Shown here in pieces: positions 51,851-63,092 of a stretch of 64,000 bases of DNA (positions within the stretch are counted from its first letter, which is position 1; every line of letters begins with the position of its first letter). The notes below the pieces were generated by a model that was not told the DNA's origin, did no database searches, and saw only the letters and a list, made by a program, of their open reading frames with translations. Made by a program: the position numbers and the translations under genes. Source of the stretch: an uncultured delta proteobacterium (GTDB taxonomy: Bacteria; Myxococcota_A; Polyangia; Fen-1088); contig CAVTRY010000016.1 in assembly GCA_963737265.1 (NCBI GenBank), positions 256,001 to 320,000 of the forward strand, read 5' to 3'.

Positions 51851-53464
51851 TCACGGGCACTTCGAGGCGATGGTCAGACTGAACTGTTTGGCTCCGCCCG
51901 ACACTTCGGTGATGGGCCCCTTGCTGATTTCTTCGAAGCAGTCGATCTCCTTGAGCTTCGTCACTATCTCTTCGACTGTCGCGGCCGAGTCCACCGTGCC
52001 CTTGATCAAGGTCTTCTTGGCGCGAATGTCGAGATCCTCGATGTCCACCTGGACTTCGGCGTTGGGCGGAATGTGGGTCGAGATATCGTTCAGCAGATCG
52101 AAAGCCGTCGCTTTGGGCAAGGGTGCCATTTCGTCGCGGAAGCTGCGCTTGAGCGCAGCGGTCACGTCGACGGCTTCCATGCGCGCCTCGCCGAATATCT
52201 CTTTCGTCGCCACCTGCAACTGCGTCTTGAGCGCGCGCTGCTCGGTCGACAGTCGCCGCAGGGTGATGGTGGCGTGGATCCCCGCGCAGGCGATGAGGGA
52301 TGCCGCCAGCAACACGAGGTGGCCCGCGCGCTGACGGACGAGGGAGAAATTGGCCCGGTACTGGAATTCCCCGCGCCGCAATTCCAATTGCTTTTGCCCA
52401 CGCGCCGCCGCGTTGGCGACGGCATTGACGAGAACGAAGCGATCCGCCTCCGGATCCGCCGCGTCGGTGTCAATCGGTTCGCCGTCCGGCCCTTCTCGGA
52501 ATTCCGCAGCCGCCAGCAATGCCCGCACCGGAATCGCCAGCTCATCCTGCAGAAATCCCGCGAGGCCGCGCAGTCGCGCGCCGCCGCCCGCGAGCAAGAT
52601 CTCCTCGATGGGCGCCTTGTCCTTGTTGGAAAAGCTGGCCAGCGTTTGGCGCAAATCGCGCAACAGCGGCTGCAGCGCTTCGCGCACGATGGCATCGACG
52701 CGTGCCTCGACCGGCGTCGCGGCGGGCCGGCCGTGGCTTGCCACGAATCCCATCTGCGCCTTGCCTAGCTCCGCCTGCTCCGAGGTCCAGGTGCCATTCG
52801 ACGCGCGCATCAGGGCCCGGCTGATCTCTTCGCCACCGCGCTGGAGCGTGCGTGCAAACACGGCCTCATCGCCCACCACGAAACAAAGGTTGGTGCGCCG
52901 GTGGCCGATGTCCACAATCACCTGGCACCCAACCGGCCCATCGCCCTCGCTGACGACCGGTTCGCTCGGACGGTAGAGAAGAGGCGCGACGTAGATGGAA
53001 CGCGGATCGGCGTTGCCTGCTTGCAGGCCCGCAAGAAACGCACGCACGTCCTCGGTGCGGGCCGCCACCACGAGAGCGCGGCAGCCTTCGTCGCCCTCCG
53101 CGTGCTGTCCGCGCGAGGACAGCACGACGTGGTCCAAGATCACGTCGTGCAGCTCGTGGATCATTTGCCCTTCCATCTCGTAGCCCACGATTTGCTCGAT
53201 TTTGCGCGCATCCGCGAAAGGCAGCTCGAGCGCGCGCAGGGTGAGCAGGTCGCCCGGAAGCGCGACGTAAATGGTCGTGCTGCCCGGCAGGCGCGACGTG
53301 CCGCTTTTCAGCGCTTCGCTTTGGCGCTCGGCAAGCGGCCGTTCGTCCGTCGCGACCTTCTCTTCGTAGCTCGCGACGACGCGTGTGCGGCGGAATCCAA
53401 TCTCAAGGACGGTGAACTTCACCGACCACGAGCCAAGGTCGATTCCGGTGATGGTGTGGGCCAT
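51851..53464 (-). CDS. gspL: Type II secretion protein L (PilM-like actin fold)
   Basis: GIDLGSWSVK, VDIGHRRT, LAGGGARL, LRRGEF + TM. Confidence 0.82.
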   Translation of the reverse strand: MAHTITGIDLGSWSVKFTVLEIGFRRTRVVASYEEKVATDERPLAERQSEALKSGTSRLPGSTTIYVALPGDLLTLRALELPFADARKIEQIVGYEMEGQMIHELHDVILDHVVLSSRGQHAEGDEGCRALVVAARTEDVRAFLAGLQAGNADPRSIYVAPLLYRPSEPVVSEGDGPVGCQVIVDIGHRRTNLCFVVGDEAVFARTLQRGGEEISRALMRASNGTWTSEQAELGKAQMGFVASHGRPAATPVEARVDAIVREALQPLLRDLRQTLASFSNKDKAPIEEILLAGGGARLRGLAGFLQDELAIPVRALLAAAEFREGPDGEPIDTDAADPEADRFVLVNAVANAAARGQKQLELRRGEFQYRANFSLVRQRAGHLVLLAASLIACAGIHATITLRRLSTEQRALKTQLQVATKEIFGEARMEAVDVTAALKRSFRDEMAPLPKATAFDLLNDISTHIPPNAEVQVDIEDLDIRAKKTLIKGTVDSAATVEEIVTKLKEIDCFEEISKGPITEVSGGAKQFSLTIASKCP

Positions 53465-53471
53465 GGTGCTT

Positions 53472-54863
53472 CTATTCCTCCCGCCAATACTGGATGACCC
53501 CAGCGGCTTTCTCGCTGGCGGCGTCGTTAGTCACTGGGTTGTCGAGGCTACGCGCGGTGTCCAGAATGGCCGTGATGCGCTTCTTCACTTTGCCGGACTC
53601 GCCCGTGGCCACGACCCGATACACGCGCGGCGGCCCGACGTAGGCCACTTGCGATAGTTGCTGCTTGTTGATGGTGATGCCGGTCAAGTTCTGCATCATG
53701 GAAAAACGCGGATCGTCCTTGGCGAGCGATCCCGCCGGATTGCTGAGCACGCCAACAATCGTATCGAGCGTGTCGAAGCCCACGGCGGCGCCGCGCTCGC
53801 ACAGCACGCTGGCCAGCGGGTAGAGGCGATTGTCGTCGAAGATCGACATGTCCGACGGCGGCTTGCTTGGATCCGGAGTGAGCGCCGCGCGCACCAACCC
53901 CACGATGAGCGGCGTGCAGTCGCCCTTGACCGAGGCCAGGTTCACCTTGCAGTTTTCGTCGCTGGCATAGGTCGTGAGGTAGGGCTGAAACGCCTCGGAA
54001 AAATCCGCGTCCATGCCACGCACCTGGGCGGTCTCGGCGATGGTGTCGTAATAGTTGTTGTGCGCGAAGTACGGATCGGCGCGCTGGTCGTAGCGATAGT
54101 CCTCCGGCCCGGCCCCGTTGGCATCGGTGCTGAACATCTGTTCGTCGCCGTCGGCCCAGTCGATGATTGCGCGCGCGAGATCCACGCGGTCGACAAAGCG
54201 GCCATCGGCGTCCGGGGTGGAGAACAGCAGATCGTAGCGCGGCGACATGGTCAAGGCGGAAAGCAGGCGAAAAATCATGATCTGGCGAGTGCGCACCGGG
54301 GCGGGCCCGCCGCCACAGTTGATGTCGATCTTGCCGTCCTCGTTGGTAATCTGCGCGTCCATGGTCCCCTGCACCACGCTTAGGCCCTTGGCCTGGCTGG
54401 TGTCGATGCCGATGAGTCCGCCGAGCGTGGCGACCTCGGCCTTGCTGCCGCCGAAGAACCCCAAGAGCGGACCGGTGTAGTCGGTAACGCGCAGACTGAT
54501 GCCCATGTCCTGTCCGGCCGCATCGTTCAGCATCTTCTGCGCCTGGGCCATGATGGGCTCGACGAACTTGAGCTGAATCTTGATCAGCATGCGCGACAGC
54601 TCCATCGCCGAGCGGGCGAGGTAGTGAGCGCGCAGCTCGTCGCGCGCATTGGCGGCCTGCGAGGCATCCACGGTCGTGCCATAGGAGAATTGCGACACGA
54701 GCGCGATGAGGAGCGAAAGCGCCGAAATAGTCACCAGCAAGGCCACGCCGCTTTGTCGGTCGCGCTGGCGGCGGTCGCGAAAACGTCCCAACAACGCCGC
54801 GCGGATCGGTACCCGCGTGCTTGGTGTTGTTGGGGAAATTGGGTTGGAGTTAGGGGCGTGCAT
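53472..54863 (-). CDS. gspK: Minor pseudopilin K
   Basis: QSG/VALL, EDGKIDIN, AIIDWADGD. Confidence 0.85.
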   Translation of the reverse strand: MHAPNSNPISPTTPSTRVPIRAALLGRFRDRRQRDRQSGVALLVTISALSLLIALVSQFSYGTTVDASQAANARDELRAHYLARSAMELSRMLIKIQLKFVEPIMAQAQKMLNDAAGQDMGISLRVTDYTGPLLGFFGGSKAEVATLGGLIGIDTSQAKGLSVVQGTMDAQITNEDGKIDINCGGGPAPVRTRQIMIFRLLSALTMSPRYDLLFSTPDADGRFVDRVDLARAIIDWADGDEQMFSTDANGAGPEDYRYDQRADPYFAHNNYYDTIAETAQVRGMDADFSEAFQPYLTTYASDENCKVNLASVKGDCTPLIVGLVRAALTPDPSKPPSDMSIFDDNRLYPLASVLCERGAAVGFDTLDTIVGVLSNPAGSLAKDDPRFSMMQNLTGITINKQQLSQVAYVGPPRVYRVVATGESGKVKKRITAILDTARSLDNPVTNDAASEKAAGVIQYWREE

Positions 54864-54871
54864 GGTGACGA

Positions 54872-55570
54872 TCACGATTTGGTCGGCCGGTAGTCGACCC
54901 GTTCGAGGGCATGGAGACGCGCAATGCTGGTAAAGGTGATGGGCATGCCCCGTTCGTCGAACACGGTGAGGGAAATTCGGACCTGGGTGGGCAGGTATTG
55001 CAACCCGTCGGCCTTGGTGGTGTCCCATTCCTCGCGCCAGTCCTTCTGTTTGTAGTCGTAATAGGCGAATTTCAGGCGCGAGACCGCGGGGCAAAGAATG
55101 TACGTCTCGCCGGGAATCAACTTGGGATCCTTGGATTCAAGCCGCCGGGTCTCCCGTCTCATGAGGTTGGTCAAGGTGGGGTCGTCCGGATCCGGTTGCG
55201 AAAAATACGTCACCAGCGCCGTGTCGCCTTCGGGCACGTCCGCGCGCAGGCGCTGGTGCCCGAACCAGGAAAAGCGAAGCTCGTCGAAATCGTTGTGCGC
55301 GGTCCCGGAAAACATCGTGCGCCGATCCTGCGTCCCAATCGCCTCGGAGGCCGACACGAACGCCATTTCGATCTCGCGGCTCATGCGCATGAGAGCGACA
55401 CGAACCGTGTGCGTGCGATCTTGCGCCTGTTCTATGCGCTGCTTTACCTTCGCGGTCTGCGCGAATGTCCCCCACAAGATCGAGGTCAGGAACGCCATCA
55501 GCGCCAGGGCCAGCATGATCTCGATGAGCGTGAAGCCGGTTTGGGATCTTCCGCGCGCGCGCATGGTCAT
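54872..55570 (-). CDS. gspJ: Minor pseudopilin J
   Basis: G/FTLIEIM, WREEWDT, LPTQVRI. Confidence 0.85.
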   Translation of the reverse strand: MTMRARGRSQTGFTLIEIMLALALMAFLTSILWGTFAQTAKVKQRIEQAQDRTHTVRVALMRMSREIEMAFVSASEAIGTQDRRTMFSGTAHNDFDELRFSWFGHQRLRADVPEGDTALVTYFSQPDPDDPTLTNLMRRETRRLESKDPKLIPGETYILCPAVSRLKFAYYDYKQKDWREEWDTTKADGLQYLPTQVRISLTVFDERGMPITFTSIARLHALERVDYRPTKS

Positions 55571-56214
55571 TTCCCCGTGCTCGTGGATGCCTTGGTGGCC
55601 GTCGTCGTACCCGTGCCGGTGGCGGTCCCGGTCCCGCCCGAGGCCGACATCGTGATCGCGGTTTCGAGGCGGGACGGATCGGTCAGGAAGGAAACCACCT
55701 CGATCGATTGCTCGGGCTTGCCGGCTTCGTTCCACTGCACGCGCACCGTGAGCTTGCGTACCGACTCTTGCAAGCCGAGGCGAATGGGATCCATCAGCGT
55801 CGACATGAAGCCGCCCATGAAACCGGAAAGCATTTCCATGGGATTGGTCGACAGCGTTGCCTGCGACGAGGCCTGCTGCACCTTCTGCGTGGAATCCGCC
55901 GGGAGCTCGATGCGTTCGACGTTGGTGTACCAGCGGAAGCTTGGGAAGCCTTCCTGCGAGAAATCCCCCTTGTCCTCGCCGTCCATTTCGACGAAGCCGT
56001 ATTCGAGCAAGCTTTGTTCCATCATGGAAATGCGCGTGCGGGCCAGGAACGTCGCCGCGGTTGTCATGCGCGCGTGGTTGGCGGCGCGCACGTTGCCGGT
56101 CACGATGCGCGAGACGATGACCAGGCCGAGGCCCAAGATGGCTAGCGACACCATGACCTCGATCAAAGAGAAGCCCGCGGAAGCCCTGCCCGCCGCCGGC
56201 TGCGCGCGGGTCAT
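55567..56214 (-). CDS. gspI: Minor pseudopilin I
   Basis: G/FSLIEVMVSLAIL, ATFLAR, VRKLTVRVQW. Confidence 0.82.
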   Translation of the reverse strand: MTRAQPAAGRASAGFSLIEVMVSLAILGLGLVIVSRIVTGNVRAANHARMTTAATFLARTRISMMEQSLLEYGFVEMDGEDKGDFSQEGFPSFRWYTNVERIELPADSTQKVQQASSQATLSTNPMEMLSGFMGGFMSTLMDPIRLGLQESVRKLTVRVQWNEAGKPEQSIEVVSFLTDPSRLETAITMSASGGTGTATGTGTTTATKASTSTGK

Positions 56215-56939
56215 TGCACGATCACCTTTCCGGAATCGTCCACCTGTTCGCTGATGTTCGCCTCGACGAACGAATTTTTCACCGTCACGCGTCCCGTGAG
56301 GGGATGCACGATCAGCGTGTAGAAGGTCTGGCCCTTCTTGTCGGAAAGGTGAATGACGGCCGCCTCCGTCATGCCCATGGGAAAGAAGTAAAGGTAGCCC
56401 CGACCGGTGCCGAGGGGCTTGAGTAGGCGGGGCGAATAGATGTCGGCCAGGACGGCATCGGATTTCAACGTGACGGGTTTGACGGCGGTTTCGCGGAAGG
56501 CATTGAACTTCGCCCGTTTGGCCATGAAGGGCTTGGGCATGTAGCGCGACGGAATCTGCGAGCCGCCGAAGAACGCCTCTTTCTCGGCCGCCTCGCGCTT
56601 GGCTTCTTCTTCCTTGGCCAGTTTCTCTGCTTCTTTCTTCCGGGTATCGTCGGTCTCCTTGCCGGCTGCGAAGATGAATTGATCGTCCGACACCTCCGCC
56701 CAATACTTGCCAGTCTCGAAGTCGAGGACCAGACGATGCACCCGGCCCGTGGTGGAAGCGCGGTCGAACAGGTAGCGAATGGCGCCGGCCATGTGCGTCG
56801 CCGTCGAGCGCAAGTCGCTCTTGGTGAGCGAGCGCAGCCCCACCACACTGGCAGCGACCATCAGAGCAACGAGGGTCATTGCGATCATCACCTCGATGAG
56901 CGTGAAGCCACGGTCGGGCGGTGGGCGGCGACGACACAA
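56211..56939 (-). CDS. gspH: Minor pseudopilin H
   Basis: G/FTLIEVM, LYFFP.G, VHPLTGRV. Confidence 0.82.
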   Translation of the reverse strand: MCRRRPPPDRGFTLIEVMIAMTLVALMVAASVVGLRSLTKSDLRSTATHMAGAIRYLFDRASTTGRVHRLVLDFETGKYWAEVSDDQFIFAAGKETDDTRKKEAEKLAKEEEAKREAAEKEAFFGGSQIPSRYMPKPFMAKRAKFNAFRETAVKPVTLKSDAVLADIYSPRLLKPLGTGRGYLYFFPMGMTEAAVIHLSDKKGQTFYTLIVHPLTGRVTVKNSFVEANISEQVDDSGKVIVQ

Positions 56940-56951
56940 GATGCTGTTGCC

Positions 56952-57386
56952 TTACTGCTCCGCGGCCTTGATGTCGTCGGCGGTGCCCTCTTGCCCATCC
57001 GGACCGAGGGACATCACGTCGATGCCATCCGTGTTGACGGTTCCTGGGCAACGCACGATAAGATCCCTGTTCCAGGGATCCTTCGCCTTCTTGGGCAGGT
57101 ACTTTTGCGCCACCAAATCGTCGAGGCTCTTGGGGCACTCGCTGTTGTTGTCCGCCATGAACTGAACAATCTTGGAGGCAACGTCGTTGACTTGGGCTTG
57201 GGCAACCTTGCGTTGGCCTTTCTTGAACTGGGCAAAGACGCCTACGCCGACGGTCGCCATCACGAGACCGATGAGGGCAAGCACGATCATGATCTCCAGC
57301 ATCGTCATGCCCGCATCCCTCTGTCGCCTCGTTCCGGCTTCACCTCGTTCTTCAATCTCTCTCACTTCTTCCTTCGTTTCTTCCAT
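56952..57386 (-). CDS. gspG: Major pseudopilin G
   Basis: G/MTMLEIM, KDPWN, SLGPDGQEGTADDI. Confidence 0.9.
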   Translation of the reverse strand: MEETKEEVREIEERGEAGTRRQRDAGMTMLEIMIVLALIGLVMATVGVGVFAQFKKGQRKVAQAQVNDVASKIVQFMADNNSECPKSLDDLVAQKYLPKKAKDPWNRDLIVRCPGTVNTDGIDVMSLGPDGQEGTADDIKAAEQ

Positions 57387-57417
57387 GGGACTCTCCTTTG
57401 ATCTGCGCGATCGCCAG

Positions 57418-58680
57418 CTACTGCACCATTCCGCCCATATCGATGATGGGCATGAGAATGGAAAACACGATAAATCCAACACCGATGGCCATGACCACAA
57501 TCATGAGCGGCGCAAGAATGGACGTCAGCTTGCCCACCTCGGTCGCCACGTCGCGCTCGTAGGCGGACGCCACGTTTTCAAGCATGGCCTCAAGCTGCCC
57601 CGAACGCTCGCCCACGGCAACCATGTGGCACATCATCGAGGGAAATTCGCCCGATTTTTTCAGCGTCGCGGCGATGGATTCGCCCTCGCGAATCGCCACG
57701 CGCGCGTCTTCCACGACCTTTTCCAGCACGCTGTTGTTGAGCACGCGTTTGACGATTTCGAGGGCGGTCAGGACTGGCACGCCCGATGCCAACATGGTGG
57801 CCAAGGTGCGCGAAAAGCGCGCCACCGCGATGAACCGCACCAATCGCCCCACCACGATAATTCGCAGCTTGAGGCGATCCATGAAGGCCCGCCCCTTGGG
57901 TTTGCGCAGCCAGTACCGTACGCCCAAGACCGTCCCAACCATCCCAGGAAGCACCGCCCACCAATAGCCACCGGCAATATCGGCGATGAACACCAGCAAT
58001 TGCGTGTTCCACGGCAGGGCTTTGCCCGAATCGGCGAAAATGCCGGCAATGGGCGGAACGACCACGGTCATCAAGAAACCGAGCACCAGGCTGCCCACGA
58101 TGGTCATGAGAATGGGATAGGCCATCGCGCCCGACACCTTGGAACGCAGCTCGATCTCCGCGTCCATGAAATCCGCCAAGCGGGAAAGCACGGAGTCCAA
58201 GTTTCCCGCCGTCTCGCCCGAACGAACCATGTTGGTGTAGAGCTCCGGGAAGACCTTGGGGTGCGCGGTCATGGCTTCGGCGAGCGATCCACCCTCGTTC
58301 ACCTTCTGGCGAATTCCCGCCAAAATCAGCTGCAGCTTCTTGTTGTCGGATTGCTCGGACAGCGCGCCCATGGCCTCGGCCAGCGGAATCCCGGCGTGCA
58401 GCAGGGTCGCCATCTGGCGCGTGAACACGGCCACGTCGCGCGGCTTCACCCGCTCGAACATGCCCTTGAAGTCGACCTCGCGGCGCAGGCCCTTGGCCTT
58501 GCTGCCGCCAGCGGAGAGCGCCAGCTTGGACTGCTTGCCGCCCACCACCTCGCGCACCTCGCTGATGAAGACGTTTTCCTTGCGCAGGGTTTGGCGGAGC
58601 GACTTCGGGCCGTCGGATTCGCGCGTGCCCGCGACCGACTTGCCACCACCCGTCAGACCTTTCCACGCGTAAACCGGCAT
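57418..58680 (-). CDS. gspF: Inner-membrane platform protein F
   Basis: FTRQMATLL.AGIPL, GETAGNL, AMAYP, GERSGQL. Confidence 0.93.
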   Translation of the reverse strand: MPVYAWKGLTGGGKSVAGTRESDGPKSLRQTLRKENVFISEVREVVGGKQSKLALSAGGSKAKGLRREVDFKGMFERVKPRDVAVFTRQMATLLHAGIPLAEAMGALSEQSDNKKLQLILAGIRQKVNEGGSLAEAMTAHPKVFPELYTNMVRSGETAGNLDSVLSRLADFMDAEIELRSKVSGAMAYPILMTIVGSLVLGFLMTVVVPPIAGIFADSGKALPWNTQLLVFIADIAGGYWWAVLPGMVGTVLGVRYWLRKPKGRAFMDRLKLRIIVVGRLVRFIAVARFSRTLATMLASGVPVLTALEIVKRVLNNSVLEKVVEDARVAIREGESIAATLKKSGEFPSMMCHMVAVGERSGQLEAMLENVASAYERDVATEVGKLTSILAPLMIVVMAIGVGFIVFSILMPIIDMGGMVQ

Positions 58681-58693
58681 CGCCGTCCCCCTC

Positions 58694-60442
58694 CTACTCG
58701 CTGTCTCCGGTGGTGATCATGAGTACCTCGGCGGCGCTGGTCATGCCGGCCAGCACTTTCTGGGCACCGTCCTCGCGCAAGGTGCGCATGCCGGCCTCGA
58801 CGGCGGCGCGCTTGATGGTGCCGGCATCCGCGTTCTTGATCGCCAACTGACGAATGCGGTCATCGATCATCAACAATTCGTAGATGGCGGTTCGGCCTTT
58901 GAAGCCGGCGTTGAGACAAGCCGGACAGCCACCTTCGCGGGCGCGGTAGAGCATGCCCGGCGGCGGCGGGTCGCCCGCGCCCTTGAAATGGATGCGGCGC
59001 AGGCTGCCCGAGAAAAACGCAGCTGGATCGTGCCCCAAGCTGACCAAGTCTTCATCGGTCGGACGGTAGGGCTCGCGACACTCGCGGCACAGGCGCCGCA
59101 CCAGGCGCTGGGCGAGCAGGGCCATCAGCGACGACGCCACCAGGAACGGCTGCACACCGAGATCCACCAGGCGCGTGATGGCGCCCGCCGCATCGTTGGT
59201 GTGGATGGTCGAGAGCACGAGGTGTCCGGTCAGCGACGCCTGAATGGCGATTTCCGAGGTCGGCAAGTCGCGGATTTCGCCGACCATGATGACGTCGGGA
59301 TCGTGGCGCAAGAACGAGCGCAGGCCGGTGGCGAAGCTCAGGTCGATCTTCTCGTTCACCGCAACCTGGGAAATGCCGTCGAGCTGATACTCGACCGGAT
59401 CCTCGATGGTCAGGATGTTGAGGTCGGGCGAATTGATCTTGGCCAGGCAGGCGTAAAGCGTGGTGGTCTTGCCCGAGCCGGTGGGGCCGGTCACGAGCAA
59501 AATCCCGTGCGGCCGATGAATGAGATCATTCATTTGCACCAGGTGATCTTCGCCGAATCCGATGTCGGCCAGGTCGTGAAGAATGTTCTCGCGGTCGAGC
59601 AAACGAATGGTAATGCGCTCGCCGCCCTTGACCGTGGGCGCGGTCGCGACGCGCATGTCGATGTCCTTGCCGGCAATCTTGCGCCGGATGCGTCCGTCCT
59701 GCGGCAGACGCTTTTCCGCGATGTTGAGCCCGGCCATAATCTTCACGCGCGAGATAATCGAGGGAATGAACTGACGTGCCGCCCGCCGCGTTTCATACAG
59801 CACACCGTCGATGCGATAGCGGACGATGACGTCCTTCTCGCCGGGCTCGATGTGAATATCGCTCGCGCGCTCCTTGACGGCGTTGAACATGAGCGCGTTC
59901 ACCCAGCGGATGATGGGCGCTTCGTCGTTCACGTCGAGGATGTCGACCAGCTCTTCCGCCCCACCCATCTCTTCATCGTCTTCGCCTTGGCCGAGGTTGC
60001 CGGCGTCCTGCTTACGACCGAAGACTTGGTTAATGGCGTCGAGAATCTTAGCGCTGGAAAAAAGCACCGGCTGGACATCCGCGGCAAGCATGCCGCGCAC
60101 GTCGTCAAGCGCGCCAATGGCGAGCGGATCCGCCATCGCCACCAGCACGGTATCTCCCTCGCGCCGAAGCGGCATCACCCGGTGCTGTTTGGCGAACCCG
60201 ATGGGCACCTTGGCGGCCAGCTCCGAATCCATATCGGCCACGGGAAAATCAGCCAGGTATGGCATCCCAAATTGCGTGCCCAGGGCCCGAAGAATGTCGT
60301 CCTCCGAGCAGGCGTGGTTCTTTTGCAGAATTTCGCCGATAAGGCCGCCCTCGCTCTGCTGCTGAGCGAGCGCCTGGTCGACAGCCGCGGCAGTGACCTT
60401 GCCGGCCGCAACCAGAATTTCGCCGATCCGTTTTCCTACCAC
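58694..60442 (-). CDS. gspE: Type II secretion ATPase E with N-terminal MshEN-like motif
   Basis: GPTGSGKTTT, TIEDPVEY, DPDVIMVGEIRD, LTGHLVLSTIH, CxxC...CxxC. Confidence 0.95.
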   Translation of the reverse strand: MVGKRIGEILVAAGKVTAAAVDQALAQQQSEGGLIGEILQKNHACSEDDILRALGTQFGMPYLADFPVADMDSELAAKVPIGFAKQHRVMPLRREGDTVLVAMADPLAIGALDDVRGMLAADVQPVLFSSAKILDAINQVFGRKQDAGNLGQGEDDEEMGGAEELVDILDVNDEAPIIRWVNALMFNAVKERASDIHIEPGEKDVIVRYRIDGVLYETRRAARQFIPSIISRVKIMAGLNIAEKRLPQDGRIRRKIAGKDIDMRVATAPTVKGGERITIRLLDRENILHDLADIGFGEDHLVQMNDLIHRPHGILLVTGPTGSGKTTTLYACLAKINSPDLNILTIEDPVEYQLDGISQVAVNEKIDLSFATGLRSFLRHDPDVIMVGEIRDLPTSEIAIQASLTGHLVLSTIHTNDAAGAITRLVDLGVQPFLVASSLMALLAQRLVRRLCRECREPYRPTDEDLVSLGHDPAAFFSGSLRRIHFKGAGDPPPPGMLYRAREGGCPACLNAGFKGRTAIYELLMIDDRIRQLAIKNADAGTIKRAAVEAGMRTLREDGAQKVLAGMTSAAEVLMITTGDSE

Positions 60443-60448
60443 GGGCCC

Positions 60449-63092
60449 CTACTCGTCCACCCGGGGTCGAAGCGCATCGGTGCCAGGTGCCGCAACCACG
60501 GGCTTGGCTGGCGAGTCCTCGGACGCCGGATTCCGCCGGTTTGTTGGACGAGGATTCTTCCTTGCCCGCCTTGGCACCCGGTTCCTGATCGAGGGATGGT
60601 TCGACGGGGACCGACTCGTCCCGTTGGTCGCGTTCGCGAATATGCATCAACTGCTTTTCGTCTTCCTCCATCTCGCGCACGCTGCGGTTGATCTCCTCGA
60701 GCATGCCGCGCTTGCGGTGCGTATCGACTTCCAGCTTGTCCAAATTCGAAGTGTCATCAAGCGAGCTATAGCGCTCGATGAACTCGCGCCGTTCGCGCAG
60801 CTTCTTTTCGGCGACTCGGCGCAGATCGGAAAGGTCAGACACCACGTAGGGCGTTATGGCGATGATGATGTTGGACTTCTTCACCTCCTTGACCGCGCTG
60901 CGGAAGAAGAAGCCGAGCACGGGGATATCGCCGAGGATGGGGACCTTGGTCACATTCTCCGAAATTCGATCCGCCATGAGGCCGCCAATAACCACGGTCT
61001 GCTGATCGCGGGCCACCACCGTGGTCTTGACGGAACGCTTGGACGTAGCCGGCCCCATTCCATTGTAGTTCTGAGACTCGACGTCGGAAATCTCTTGGTC
61101 AACGTCGAGACGGATGATGTCGTGTTCGTTCACACTGGGCGTGAGCTTCAGCTTCAATTCAACCGGCTGGCGCTGCACGGAAGTAAAGGGAAGATAGCCA
61201 GCACCGCCGCCGGCCGTGGGGCCTAGCGCTGCGGTGGTCGTGCCTGGGAAGGGCAACACCTCGCCGACCGATATCTCGCCCTCCTGATTGTTCATGATCA
61301 AGATGTGCGGACTGGACAAGATGTTGACGTCGTTGTCCGTCTGCAACATCTGCAAAAAGACGCCGAACGAGGGAATACTGATGGGAAAGTTCTTGAACAG
61401 CGGGCTGTTGCCCAAACTACCGGTCGTCGGACCAAATAGCGCTGCACTGAGCCCGCCCAGGCTGTTGACGAGCGTGGTGGGATTCATGGTCTGATTGGCG
61501 TTAAAACCACCCAAGGCGAGCGACTGCTGTCCAGCGACGGTCGGAGCGGCACCGGCATGGTACGAAACCCCAATTGTGCGCGTCTTGTCGAGCAGAACTT
61601 CCATGATCACGGCATCGATAAAGACCTGTTTACGGGGCGAGTCGAGCTGCTCGATGACCTTTCTGAGCGATTGAAAGTCTTTGAAGGTGGACATGATGAG
61701 GAGCGAGTTGGTGGGCGCATCGAACGAGATGCGAATATCGCTTTCGAACAGCAGGGTGCTCGGATTCTGTTGGCCGGCGGCCGGCGCGGTTGGGGCCGCC
61801 CCTCCTCCAGTCTTGCGCCGGTTGGTCGCCAGCGAGCCCGAAATCTGCACGCCGGTAATGGCGCTCAAGGTGGCGGCCAATTCGTCGCAATTGGCGTTCG
61901 CGCAGTAATAGACATGGAATCGGCCTTCGCTGCCGCGGCCGGCTTCCTCCAGCGGCACGTCGAGCTTGTGCACCATGGCCACCAGCCAATCGTGGGCCCG
62001 GACGTTGGCCACGACGATGAGACTGTTGGTGCGCTCGTCCGGGATGAGCTTGGTGATGGTCATCTCTGTCGACAATTCGCCTGGAGGTCCGGGCTGGGGC
62101 TTGGGCTGTGCCGGCGTGGCGCCGCCCTGGCGCCGCTGCCCCGTGCCCAGCGACTGCACGGGAACGATTTCGGCAATACGCGAGGCCATGTCGAGCACCG
62201 ACATGTTCTTGACCCGGATAACCCAGATGTGGTCGCGCGTGTTCGACGGCGTGTCGAACTGACGGACGACCTCGACCATGCGATCGATGTTGTCCGCCTG
62301 ATCCGTGATGATGAGCGACGAGCGGTAGGCGATGATGTCGCCTGTCTCGCCTTTGAGACGGTTGAGCACGTTGTTGGTCAGATCGAGCGCGTCGAGATAC
62401 TGCACGCGCACCAGCTTGGTCACGAAGCGACGGTCGTTCGGCGTCTTCTGGTTGGGCCCGATGAGCGGCAGCGGTGCGAAGCGCGCCTTCGCGTTCTCGA
62501 CCACGCGCAGGAACTTTCCCGTCGGCTCAACCGTCAGCCCGAGCGAATCGAGCGCGGAAAAAAACAGACGGTACGCTTCCTCGGGGGTGATGAGCTCGGG
62601 CGAGATGATAGTGAGTTTCTTGCCCTGGACCGGCACCGAAACGATGAACTGCGCGCACGTGATGCTGGAAATCCAGCCGATGAGATCCATGACCTCGGTG
62701 TCGGGCTTGAGGTTGAGGCGAACGATGCGCTTGCCGGCTGGCAGCTTCTTGCAGGAGTTGAATTCCCTCTCGCCAGGGATCTCCGTGACGCCGCCGGCCG
62801 CCGCCGGATCGCCCGGCGCCTTGGCGGCCTTGGCGGCAGCCCTCGGATCCACTTTGGCTGACGGTGGCGGCACTGGAGCCGTGGGGTCGATGCGCGCGCC
62901 CCGAAGCGCTCCGAGTGCGTTGCCTCGCCGGGGTGCCGGTCGCAAGCCGGGCAAAGATGGCGAGCCGGCCGCTGGCGGAGTTGCTGGCGCCTGAGCCCAA
63001 GCCCGCGATCCCAGGGCAGTGAAGACTACCAGGTATGGAACTGGGGTTGCTAAGAAAAGACGCTTCATCGCAAGTCTCATCGGATGTCTCAT
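60449..63092 (-). CDS. gspD: Secretin D (probable frameshift in the C-terminal tail)
   Basis: DERTNSLIV, LDSPRKQVFI, ILSSPHI, KVPILGDIPVLG; alternative-frame tail ends ...RPRVDE* just before gspE. Confidence 0.9.

Noticed and set aside
60249-60448. GspD C-terminal extension overlapping gspE by ~190 bp
   Set aside because: An alternative frame ends neatly at 60449 before the gspE start; probable indel
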